From NCBI GenBank assembly GCA_009914755.4, contig CP068257.2, positions 7,456,001-7,520,000 of the forward strand: 64,000 nucleotides of DNA, read 5' to 3'. Below are positions 54,650 to 64,000 of this stretch, one piece after another (position 1 is the first letter of the stretch; each line of letters opens with the position of its first letter). Below the pieces are notes generated by a model that searched no databases, was not told the origin of the DNA, and saw only the letters and a program-made list of their open reading frames with translations. This DNA is from the human T2T-CHM13v2.0 reference genome, Homo sapiens. The position numbers and the translations under genes were made by a program.

Positions 54650-57600
54650 TCTTCTGTTTTCCATTTGCTTGAAAGATTTTTCACCATTCCTTCATTTTGA
54701 GCCTATGTATGGCACTGCATGTGAGATGGGTTTCTTGGAGACAGCATACTCAAATGGGTCTTTGTTCTTTATCCAGCTTGCCCCCCTGTGTCTTTCAATC
54801 GGAGCATTTAGCCCATTTCCATTTAAGGTTAGTAATGGTATGTGTGGATTAGATCCTGTCGTCATGCTGTCAGCTAGTTATTTTGCAGACTTGTGTATGT
54901 GGTTGGTTTTTAGCATTACTGGTCTGTGTACTTCGGTGCATTTTTGTAGTGGCTGGTGATGGTCTTTTCTTTCCATATTTAGTGCTTCATTCAGGAGCTC
55001 TTGTAAGGTAGATCTGGTGATAATGAATTCTCTCAGCATTTGCTTGTCTGAAAAGGATCTTGTTTCTCCTTCACTTATGATGCTTAATTTTGCTGGACAT
55101 GAAATTCTGGGTTGAAATTTCTTTTTCTTTTAACCATGTATAATAACACCATGTTATTATATGGTATATCTGTCTCTGCCATACTACGTGAAATTTCTTT
55201 TCTTTAAGAAGTTGAATATCTTTTCTGGCTTGTAGGGTTTCAGCTGAGAAGTCTGCTAAGTCTGATGGAATTCCCTTTGCAGGTGACGTTGCCTTTCTCC
55301 CTAGCTGCCTTTAACAGTGTTTCTTTCATTTTGACCTTGGAGAATCTGATGATTATATGTCTTGGGGATGATCTTCTCATGGCTTATCTTACTGAGGTTC
55401 TCTGGATTTCCTGAATTGGAATGTTGGCCTGTCTGGATAGGTTGGGGATATTCTCATGAATGATATTCTGAAGTATGTTTTCCAAGTTGGTTCCATTCTC
55501 CTCATCTCTTTCACGTACACTAATCAGTCATAGATTTGGTCGTTTATATAATCTCATATTTCTTGGATGTTTTGTTCATTCATTTTCCTTCTTTTTTCCC
55601 CCATTCTTGTCTGCCTGTTTTATTTCAGAAAGCCAGTTTTCAAGCTCTGGGATTCTTTCCTCTGCTTGGTCTATTCTGCTGGGTGGTCTTGCACATGAGA
55701 TGGAGCTGGTGTGACAGTCCTCCTTAGTCTGCTTGCCTCTCCCAGGACCCCAGCCTGGCCACACCTGCTTACAGGGCAATCTCAGGTGCCCACACACACT
55801 ACAATAATTTTCATAATGCAATCACACATAATCACTATGTGACTGCATTATGAAAATTCTTGTAGTGTGCTTTTCAGCTCTATTCGGTCGGTTATGTCTT
55901 CTTTATACTTGCTATTTTGTCTGTTAGCTCCTACAATGTGTTACAATGATTTTTAGCTCACTTGTATTGCATGACAACATACGTCTTTCACTCAGTGAAC
56001 TTTGTTCCTACGCATATCCTGAACCCTGCTTGTATCATTCCAGACAGCTCAGCCTCAGCCCAGTTCTGAACACTTGCTGGAGAGTTGATACAGTCATTTG
56101 GAGGAAAGAAAGCATGCTGACTTTTTGAGTTTTCAGTGTTCTCGCACAGATTCTTTCTCATCTTTATGGGCTTATCCACCTTCCATCTTCGAGGTTGCTG
56201 ACCTTCGGACAGGGTATTTTTGTTTTATTGTATTTGATGATCTTGAGGGTTTCATTGTGGGATAAGGTGGATTCAACCAACTGGCTTTGTTTTTGGAGGA
56301 TTTTAGGGGGGCCAATGTGCAGCTTCCAATTCCTGGACTGTGTGCTTTAACTCTGGGGAACTTGTCTTGGGCCCCAACTTTGTTCTCTGGCTCTTGGAGG
56401 TTTGGAGTCCACTGCACTGAGGGGACCAAAGTGTGGCAACTGTGGCAGAATGCTAGTGGATGCAGAAGTCCCTGCCTCCCTGCGGGCATTCACGCAGTGG
56501 TGGAGGCAAGACAGCTGGGGTGTGGGCCAGGGGTCCCCTGCTGTGTGTGTGTTGCACTGGAGGTAGTGTTGGTTCAGGGTGGGCTGCTGGCCAGTGCAGG
56601 CCATGGTGCCTTCTCTGTGCCCCTCAAAGCAACAGTGGTCACTCAGGGTATAAGAAGGTCCCTTTTTCTCTGCACAGAATTAGCTCAAGGGTTAGGTGCT
56701 GGCAGGGGTGGGGTTCTTGGTTCTGTGCCCACCAAGGCTCTGTCTTCAATGGCAGTTGGTGTGGGTTGGGGTGTGTCCTGCACTCCCCTGTGCTGTCAGG
56801 GCAAGTACAGCAAAACCCACATGTGTAAACACACACAGCAAAGTGATGTAGGAAGTTTCCATATAAAGGGCTGCAGTATGGAGACGTAATGTGCAGGCTG
56901 GTGCGTGGCTGTTGGGGCCACCTTGCTGCAGCTCTCCACTGATCAGGTACAGTCCACTAGCACGGAAGCTATGCTGTGGGCATCCGAGAGTGCCCTGTAT
57001 GCAGGTGTGGCCAGGCTGGGGTCCTGGGAGAGGCAAGCAGACAAAGGAGTGCTGATATCAGACCAGCCCCATCTCATGTGCAAGACTGCCCAGCAGAGAT
57101 CAGGTCTCAGAGGAGAACTCTCTCAAAAGTGAACCCCCGGCACAGCATAGCTGCTTTACACAAACATGGCCAGGCTTCTTTTTTAAGCAAGTCCCCTTTT
57201 TGAGGAGGGGAACTCTGGGACCTGATCTCTGCTGGGCAATCTTGAACATGAGATGGGGCTGATCTGAACTTAGCATTCCTAAAGTGCTGGGATAAAGTAT
57301 CTCACAAGGGCACGTGGAGCCTAGAGAGATAGGTGTCCCTGCTCTCTGGGCTCCACATCACCTGACTTGCTGTTCCACCACTCCGCTTGTCTCCTGGGTA
57401 CTCCATCCCATAGAGATGTGAGTTAGCAATCACTTAGAGTAATCAGCCCAGGATGGAGGGTCTGTGTTGTGAGGCCAAGCCAGTGTTCCCTCTCTGGTGA
57501 TGAGCAGTGGGGGGTGTGTGGTACCCGTGGGAGATGGACTGGCTTGTTCATTGGGTCAACCGCAGCTTATTGGAGGTGTCAATATGGCACTTAGGGTCTT

Positions 57601-58700
57601 TGCTCCCTTGATATTCTGAGGGTAGCAAGGGCAGTTTCACTGCGGAGGCAATGGCAGAGAGAATTTCGTTTGCTCCTGGAAGCTCTGTCCAGGGAATTGC
57701 TGAGTTGCTACTGGCTGGATAGCTCTGATGGTGGACTGGCTGGAGACCCAGGTCAGTAGGACCTGCCCATCAAGTAGACTGTCTGGCCACTTTTCTGTCA
57801 GGCTGCTGTGGTATGCTGGGGGTCCCCTCCAGTCCCTAACTGCCTTGTATTTTCCAGGGAAGATGATAGCCTGCCCCTTCCTCTGGGAGCTCTGTGCCAC
57901 TGAGGTATGAACTTGTTGCCAGTATGAACACACCTATAAGATGTGACTGGAGACAAGTTGAGAAGTCTTATCTAGTCAGGAGGAACAAAAACAGGCACTG
58001 AGTTAAAAAAAAAAAAGTCTGGGCATGTTTTTCTAGAGCAGCTGTGCTATGCCGGGTGTTCCCTTCCACTCCTGGTTGCCTCAGACACTCTGAAGCCCTA
58101 ATGCTGAAATGGCTGAGTTGCCCCAACAGCAAAGACAACAGTCTGGTCCTCCCCCTGGGAGCTCTGACTCAGGGAGGCCTGAAACCTCTGTCGGCCAGAG
58201 AACAGCAGTGAAGGCAGCTGGAGACCCTGGTTGAAAGGCTTCACCTGCTGATTAGAAATGTGGTCGGGGACTGACTTAAACAAGAGTCTGGCCACGTTTT
58301 TATAGTGTGGCCGTGCTGCGCTGAGGTTCCTCTTCCACCCCTTGTCACCTTGGGCTTTCCAAAGCCCGCAAACCAGAACGGCTAGTCACCCAAACAGCAA
58401 AGGTGGTGGCCTGCCCCTCTCTCTGGGAGCTCTGTCCCGTGAACACTTCAAATTTCTATTGGCCAAGGAATGCTGGTGGCGGTAGCTGGAGGCCCCATTT
58501 GGGAGGTCCTGTACAGTGATGTGCAACAGGGTCGGGGGCCTGCTTACAGAAGCATTCTGGCCATGATTTGGTAAAGCAGCTATGCTGTGCTGTGGGATCT
58601 CTTCTGCCCCTTGTCGGTTTATACTCTCCAAAGCCCTCAGGCTGGAATGACTAAGTTGCCTGAACCGGAAAGATGGCGGCCTGCCCCATCTATTCTCTCA
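54650..58700 (-). mobile_element. Old L1 (L1PA7-8/L1PB-like) 5' portion on the minus strand: start of ORF2, ORF1, and a roughly 2.9 kb 5' UTR with about 265-bp repeated monomers; 3'-truncated
   Basis: 54650-55720 is the reverse complement of the L1 ORF1/ORF2 junction region (ccctttgcaggtgacgttgcctttctccctagctgcctttaacagtgtttctttcattttgaccttggagaatctgatg...). The minus ORF 55576-55821 (...RIDQAEERIPELENWLSEIKQ...) is ORF1 N-terminal-like. 55860-58700 is GC-rich, with repeats (...gcctgcccc.tc...ctgggagctctg...) at about 57865, 58140, 58405 and 58670. Confidence 0.65.
55806..55858. other. Near-perfect 20-bp inverted repeat (hairpin, 19/20 match, 13-nt loop)
   Basis: aattttcataatgcaatcac (55806-55825) versus gtgactgcattatgaaaatt (55839-58). 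Confidence 0.8.
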
Positions 58701-59589
58701 GAGTTCATCTTGTTTGATGGAGTTTAATTTTTAGCCTATTAATTTTACTGTCTACATTAGACTTGTTCGGAAAGAATCTGCTATATTTTAGGTTAGATAT
58801 ATGAGAATTCATTGTTTTCTGTAAATAAACCTGTTCATGTCTTGTTCTCTGGAAAGAAATCTCTTTCAACTATCTGACTTTGGTCACAGTCATGTAGAGC
58901 AGTATCCAGTCTATAATGACAATTGAATTTCCATTTCCAGTGTTTTGTTTTTGTGTCTTACATTGTACAGTTCAGAAATGAGCATTTTATTCCCAATTGT
59001 CAAAATGCTAAGCTGTCCACTGTACTGAAATACTGTTTTTGTTAATGCTTCGTCATTCAATTTTTTTTAAGGTGAACACTTTTATCCAACTTTTCTCAAG
59101 TCAGAGTACAGGTAAGCCCTGGCTGCCTCGAACCACTCTCAGAGAGACCAAAACCCTTCATACATTCCAAGTTGGGATACAAAAAAGTGGGGCCATGAAG
59201 GCTAGTCATTCAAAATAAAACAAAATTTAAAAGTATTAAGGCAAAGATTTAAAAAAATTTGCATTATGTAATTTACACAAAAGCAATGCTATCGCCTACC
59301 ATGTGTGAACTCGGGAGAGGACTGGGCCATTCTCCTTAGAGAGAAGTAGGGTGGCTTTTAGGAGGGCAAGGGACTTCCTGAAACAGTGCATCTCACAATA
59401 TTTGGAATGACTATTGAAAAGAAGAACATTGTACAATCAAAGTCCTTGGCAACATTGTAGAACTAGCGGGTGCTGACCCCTGAGCCACAACCACAGTTCT
59501 GGGTTTGGGGTTTGGTAAAACCACCCCAAGGACAGAGTTCTGGGGCCGGGTTTTGGAGGAACCAAGACGCCTCCCAGGGATGGTGTGTC

Positions 59590-59905
59590 ACTCCTGCTTG
59601 CCATGAAATGTGCACACAGTCTGTCCCCCTGCCCATCCCATCCTGCTGGACAGGATGGAGGAAGTGAGGGAACAGGCAGGGTGGACAGCTGGAATTCAGG
59701 GAGAGGCAGGTGCATGCTGGGAGGTCAGGACCTGTGAGGGCTGTGGGGGCATCAGGTGGAGTGGGCTCCAGGTGCACCCTCAGTGCACAGGGCAGGTCTC
59801 AGGCCAGGCTCCCTGGACCCCGGCTGGGTGATGTGGTCACTCCCTGGGGGACTGCTGTCAGACCCTGGCCACCCTCCCTGGGCAGCACCGTCCCATCCCA
59901 GAACT
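59590..59905 (-). repeat. Inverted partial copy (arm L) of the duplicated module; forms a palindrome with 60355-60640
   Basis: The reverse complement of 59600-59900 aligns with 60360-60640 (gggatgggac.gtgct.cccag.g.gggtg.ccag...tgaccacatcacccg.cc..ggtccagggagcctgg...ctgagggtgcacctggagcccac.ccacctga.gcccccaca.ccctca.aggtc.tgacctcccagcatgcacctgcctctccctgaa). Homologous ORF peptides (...RERQVHAGRSDP.R.VGASGGVGSRCTLSA.GRS..RLPGP..GDVVT...) occur on opposite strands. Confidence 0.8.
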
Positions 59906-60354
59906 GGACATTCTGAGTCCTAAAACAGGACAGTGCTGCCCAGGCCTGACAGACTGGGAGGACCTGTGAAGTCCTCCATCCCTAGACCAGCCTCCCAACA
60001 GCAGGGACAGTCTCCTACCTTTACCTTCAGGGCACTGACTGGTACATCTCATTCTAAGGCAACCAAGGCAGAGCTGAGGACCTGTGCCAGGCTGGGAGCC
60101 AGTCCTCTCCCTAAATGGGCCTTAGGGAAGCCTCATGCCTGTCCCAGTGCACTGCAAGTTTCAGCCCAGGAGACACATAGGGAAGTGAGGACGGGGCCTC
60201 CCCACTGGCTGACCCTGGAAAAGTGGGACCTGGGAGAAGAGGGAGTGCAGGGCTGGCAGGGGATGCTCCAGGCCCATGGAGAGCTCAGGCTGCACCAAGG
60301 GGCTTCCCCTCCTGGGCTGGAGGCTGTGCCCTCTGCAGTATCTGAGGAAGTCCA

Positions 60355-60640
60355 GTCCTGAGATGGGACAGTGCTACCCAGAGTGGGTGTCCAGCACCTG
60401 ACAACAGTCTCCCAGCAAGTGACCACATCACCCGACCAAGGTCCAGGGAGCCTGGGCCAAGACCTGCCCAGTGCGCTGAGGGTGCACCTGGAGCCCACAC
60501 CACCTGACGCCCCCACAACCCTCATAGGGTCTGACCTCCCAGCATGCACCTGCCTCTCCCTGAAACCAAGCTGCCCACCCTGCCTGTTCCCTGGCCTCCT
60601 CCATCCTGTGCAGACCATAGACTGTGACTATCTCTCCGAC
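60355..60640 (+). repeat. Arm R of the palindrome; continuous with duplicated-module copy B
   Basis: See arm L above. A roughly 450-bp spacer (59905-60355) separates the arms. Confidence 0.8.
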
Positions 60641-61640
60641 CACTCTGGCCCTTCCTTTACCTTTGTCCTGTCAGAATCTCTGAGCAAGATCTCCCAGGTC
60701 CATCCAAACACCTGCTTTGTCCACTTTTGACTGGGCCATTGAACACCACTGGGCCACCCCAGCTGTCCACAGGCTCCTCGATAACATGCATTTCCCCTGA
60801 CATCTCCCAGCAGTACTCAGCAGCCCCCACTGACCAGGTCCCTGGTGACCAGTTCCAGCATATCACTTCCTCCCTGACCACACCCTCACTGATTAGAGCC
60901 CCATCACCAGGCCTCACTAACTAGATTCCCGCTGCCAGGCCCACAATGACCAGGACTCCACTGACGAGGACCTTACTGACAAGGCCTCACTGGCAAGGCC
61001 TCACTGGCAAGGCCTCACTGACGAGGTCCTTACTGACAAGGCCTCACTGATCAGGTTCCACCGATCATGACCCCATTGTCTGGTCCCACAGATGAAGCCC
61101 CACTGGCCAGGCCTGCAGGGAATAGGCAGCCAGTGACCAGGCCCCTGCTAACCAGGACTGAGGTGACAAGATGCTCCTGACTGGGACCCTAATGACTACG
61201 CCCCACTGAACAGGCACGCACTGCTCAGATCCCCGCTGACCAGGTCACCCCGTAGACCAGTGCTACAAAAGCCACCAATGATCAAGTCCTCTCTGACCAG
61301 GCCCCCACTGATTAAGTTCCAAGGACCAGCCTGCCCTGACCAGGGCCCCACTGACAAGCGTCTCTGCTGACTAGGTCCCAAGGTCTCCACTGACCAAGTC
61401 CCACAGCCCAGGTTGGCACTGACCAGACACCAAACATTTGTCTACCACTATCAACCCACTCACCAAGGCATGCACTACTAGATCCCTCTAATGAGACCCG
61501 CTCTAAGCAGACCCCTGCTGACCACCCCCCACTAAATAGGCCTCACTGACAAGTCCCAACTGACTAGGTCCCCTGAGCAGGCCCACACTGATCAGGCCCC
61601 TCCTAACCATATCAGAAGACCAAGAGGCAATGAGATGTTT
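60488..61640 (+). repeat. Duplicated segment, copy B (paralogous to 45722-47040), including its own 15-bp minisatellite (about 60830-61620)
   Basis: Collinear alignment with copy A through the unique part, the minisatellite and into the downstream LTR. The minus ORFs 45899-46186 and 60657-60917 encode homologous peptides (...SEGV.RE....WS.GTWS..AAE.C......IE.PVDSW..PV...VKSGQS.CLDGPGRSCSEIL.GQR) purely because of the duplication. Confidence 0.85.
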
Positions 61641-64000
61641 CATATGGCAGGAGTAGGAGCAAGACAGAGAGGGGAAAGAGGCATGACATCCTGTTAGACA
61701 ACCAGATCACATGAGAACTCACTATCAGGAGATCAGCATCAAGAAGACTAACCAATGGTGAAGGATTCTCCAACCACACCACCGCCCACTGCTTCCAGGC
61801 AGAAGCCTCCTGCAGAGGCAGAACCTCTTATGAAACTTCCACTATGGCAGTGCAGAAGGAAAATATAGGCTTTGAGCCCCCACACAAGAGGTCACGATCC
61901 TCCAGACTCCAGATTAATAAGCCCACCAACAGCTCACACTCTGAGTATGGAAAAGCTACAGGCACTCAACACCAACCCAGCCCATGAGAGCAGCCATGGG
62001 GGCTACACCCTGCAAAGTCACAGGTGCACTCTCCTAGTAGAGGTTTCCCATGAGCCTCTGCCTCTGCAGCAGGTTACTCCCACCCTCCCACCACCCTACT
62101 GACAACCTACTCCTCCCCACACTATCCCTCCTTTTCCTTCCACCCCAACCCCCTCTCATCCAAGATTAAGTCACCTCCCACCTGGCCCACCTCCAACATT
62201 AAGGATGACACGTGAGTTTTATAGGGACACACAGCCAACCCATATTATTCTGACCCTGATTCCCCAGAACCTCATGTCCTTCTCACAGAGCAAAACACAA
62301 TCATGCCTTTTCAAAAGTTTCCAAAAGTCTTAACTCATTCCGAATGTAAAAATTTCAAAATCTCATCTGAGACAAGGTTACAGTCCCTTCTGCCAATGAG
62401 TCCCTGAATTTAAAAGGGATTTCTTTTCCTTCAAGGTAGAACAGGCATTGGGTAAGGTTTCTCAATCCAAAGGGAAGAAGTTGCCCAGAAAAATAACACA
62501 AATGCAAGTCCAAAACCCAGCAGGACAGTATTCACTCAATCTCACAGCTCCAAAATCATCAAGAGGACTCACTGTCGTGCGGACAGCATTAAGGAGATAG
62601 TGTTTACTCATTTGTGAAGAATCTGCCCCCCACCTTCACCTTTCACTCCCACCCACAAAATAATCTCTCCCATTCTCCCCACACCCCTACCTCCAACACC
62701 CACTCTTCTCCATGATTAAATCACCTCCCACCAGTTCCCACCTTTAACATTCCCCACTACAATTCCACATGAGCATGGGTAGGGACACAGAATCAAATTA
62801 TATTATTCTGGCTCTTGCTCCCCAAATCTTGTATCCTTGTCACACTGCAAAATACACTGATGACTTCTCTACTGTCCCCCAATGACTTAACTCATTCCAG
62901 CATTTACTGAAATGTACAAGGACTTACAGACCCCATGCAAGTCAAAAACCCAGCAGGCCAGTCATTGAATCCTGCAGCTCCAAATCATCTTTTCTGAATC
63001 TACATCTCACATCTAGAGCACAGGTGTGTGATGCCTGGGCTTCCAAGGCCTTGGGCAGCTCTGCACCTGTGGCTGTGCAGGGTCTATACCCCACAGCTGC
63101 CCTCATGGGCTGGGCTGATGTTGAGTGCCTGTAGCATTTCCATACTAAGGGTGCCAGCTGTTGGTGAGTCTATGAATCTGGAGTCTGGAGAATGGTGCCT
63201 CCATATTTAGGGACTCCAGCCCTAAATTCTCCTTCGGTACTGCCCTAGTAAAAGTTTCCCATGAGGCTCTGCCTCTTGGAAAAGATTTTGTGTGAACACC
63301 CAGGTTTTTCCGTACATACTCTGGAGTCTAGACAAAGGCTTGCAAGCTTCTAGTTTTGTGCTGTGTGCAGCTGCTGGCTTAACACTATGTGGAAGCCACC
63401 AAGCCTTGAAGCTTGCACCCCTGAAGCAGTGATGCAAGCTGTACCTGTGCATCTTTCAGCCAAGGCTGGAGCTGGAGCTTCAGGAATGCAGCCAGCAGTG
63501 TCCTGAGGTTGGACATAGCAGTGGGGCCATGGGGCTGGAGAAGGAAACCATTCTTTTCTCCCAGGCCTCAGGGCCTGTGATAGCAAGGGCTGCTGCAAAA
63601 GTCTCTGAAATGCCTTCAAGACCTTTTTAACATTGTATTGGCTATTAGCACTGAACTCCTTTTTATGCACATTTCTGAAGACTTTTTGAACTTTCCCACT
63701 GATAATCAGCTTTTCTTTTTGGCCACTTGGCCAGGCTTCAAATTATCCAAACTTTTAAGCTCTCCTTCTCATTTAAATACAAGTTTCACCTTGAGGTCAT
63801 TTCTTTGGTCACATATAGGACCACAGGCTGTTCGACACAGACAGGAAACCTCTTAAGCTTTGCTGCCTAAAATTTCATTCCACCAAATACACTCTAAATT
63901 ATCACCCTGATGTTCAAAATTTCACAGGTCTCCAGGTTAGGGGCATTGTGCAGCAACAATCTTTGCTAAGAAAAAAACAAAAGTGACCTTGACTCCTGTT
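61640..64000 (-). mobile_element. MaLR-type LTR retrotransposon sequences (LTR, internal, LTR, long internal) on the minus strand, extending to the window end
   Basis: gcaatgagatgtttcatatggcagg...catgagaactcactatcaggag... parallels 47000-47300. A second LTR start lies at about 62560 (...tcacctcccaccagttcccacc.ttaacattcc...). 62790-64000 is long internal-type sequence matching the shorter internal segment at 47290-47745. Confidence 0.55.

Noticed and set aside
56287-57203. A 200-aa ORF and several 75-122 aa ORFs on both strands
   Set aside because: They lie in the GC-rich 5' UTR of an old L1. There are no coding features.

Overview
This window reads as primate (almost certainly human) nuclear DNA. 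About twenty Alu elements and many L1 fragments are recognisable by sequence. There is no prokaryotic-style operon or system here, and no rRNA, tRNA or CRISPR array. I see no convincing multi-exon protein-coding gene. Nearly all long ORFs in the supplied track are by-products of repeats (L1 ORF2/ORF1 remnants, GC-rich L1 5' UTR, solo-LTR copies, stop-free tandem repeats).

The distinctive content, in order of interest:
- A roughly 4.7 kb array of a 48-bp unit (about 97 copies) at 41065-45722.
- A diverged duplication (about 85% identity) of a 1.3-2 kb module containing a degenerate 15-bp minisatellite, at 45.7-47.5 kb and 60.5-62.5 kb, plus a 300-bp inverted partial third copy that forms a palindrome at 59.6-60.6 kb.
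- A complex, roughly 2.7 kb array of 640-bp units built from alternating direct and inverted sub-segments (49.2-51.9 kb), terminated by a twin-primed (5'-inverted) L1 insertion.
- A CpG island with adjacent YY1-like and ETS-like motifs at about 12.3-12.8 kb, followed 1.8 kb downstream by a textbook-looking 59-nt exon with an ATG.
- An Alu-saturated block (8 Alus in 4.4 kb), several short minisatellites, and an old L1 5' end with a multi-monomer 5' UTR.

Together these suggest a subtelomeric or pericentromeric segmental-duplication-type region. That placement is inference only. All coordinates are approximate (about ±10-30 bp) because they were read by eye.
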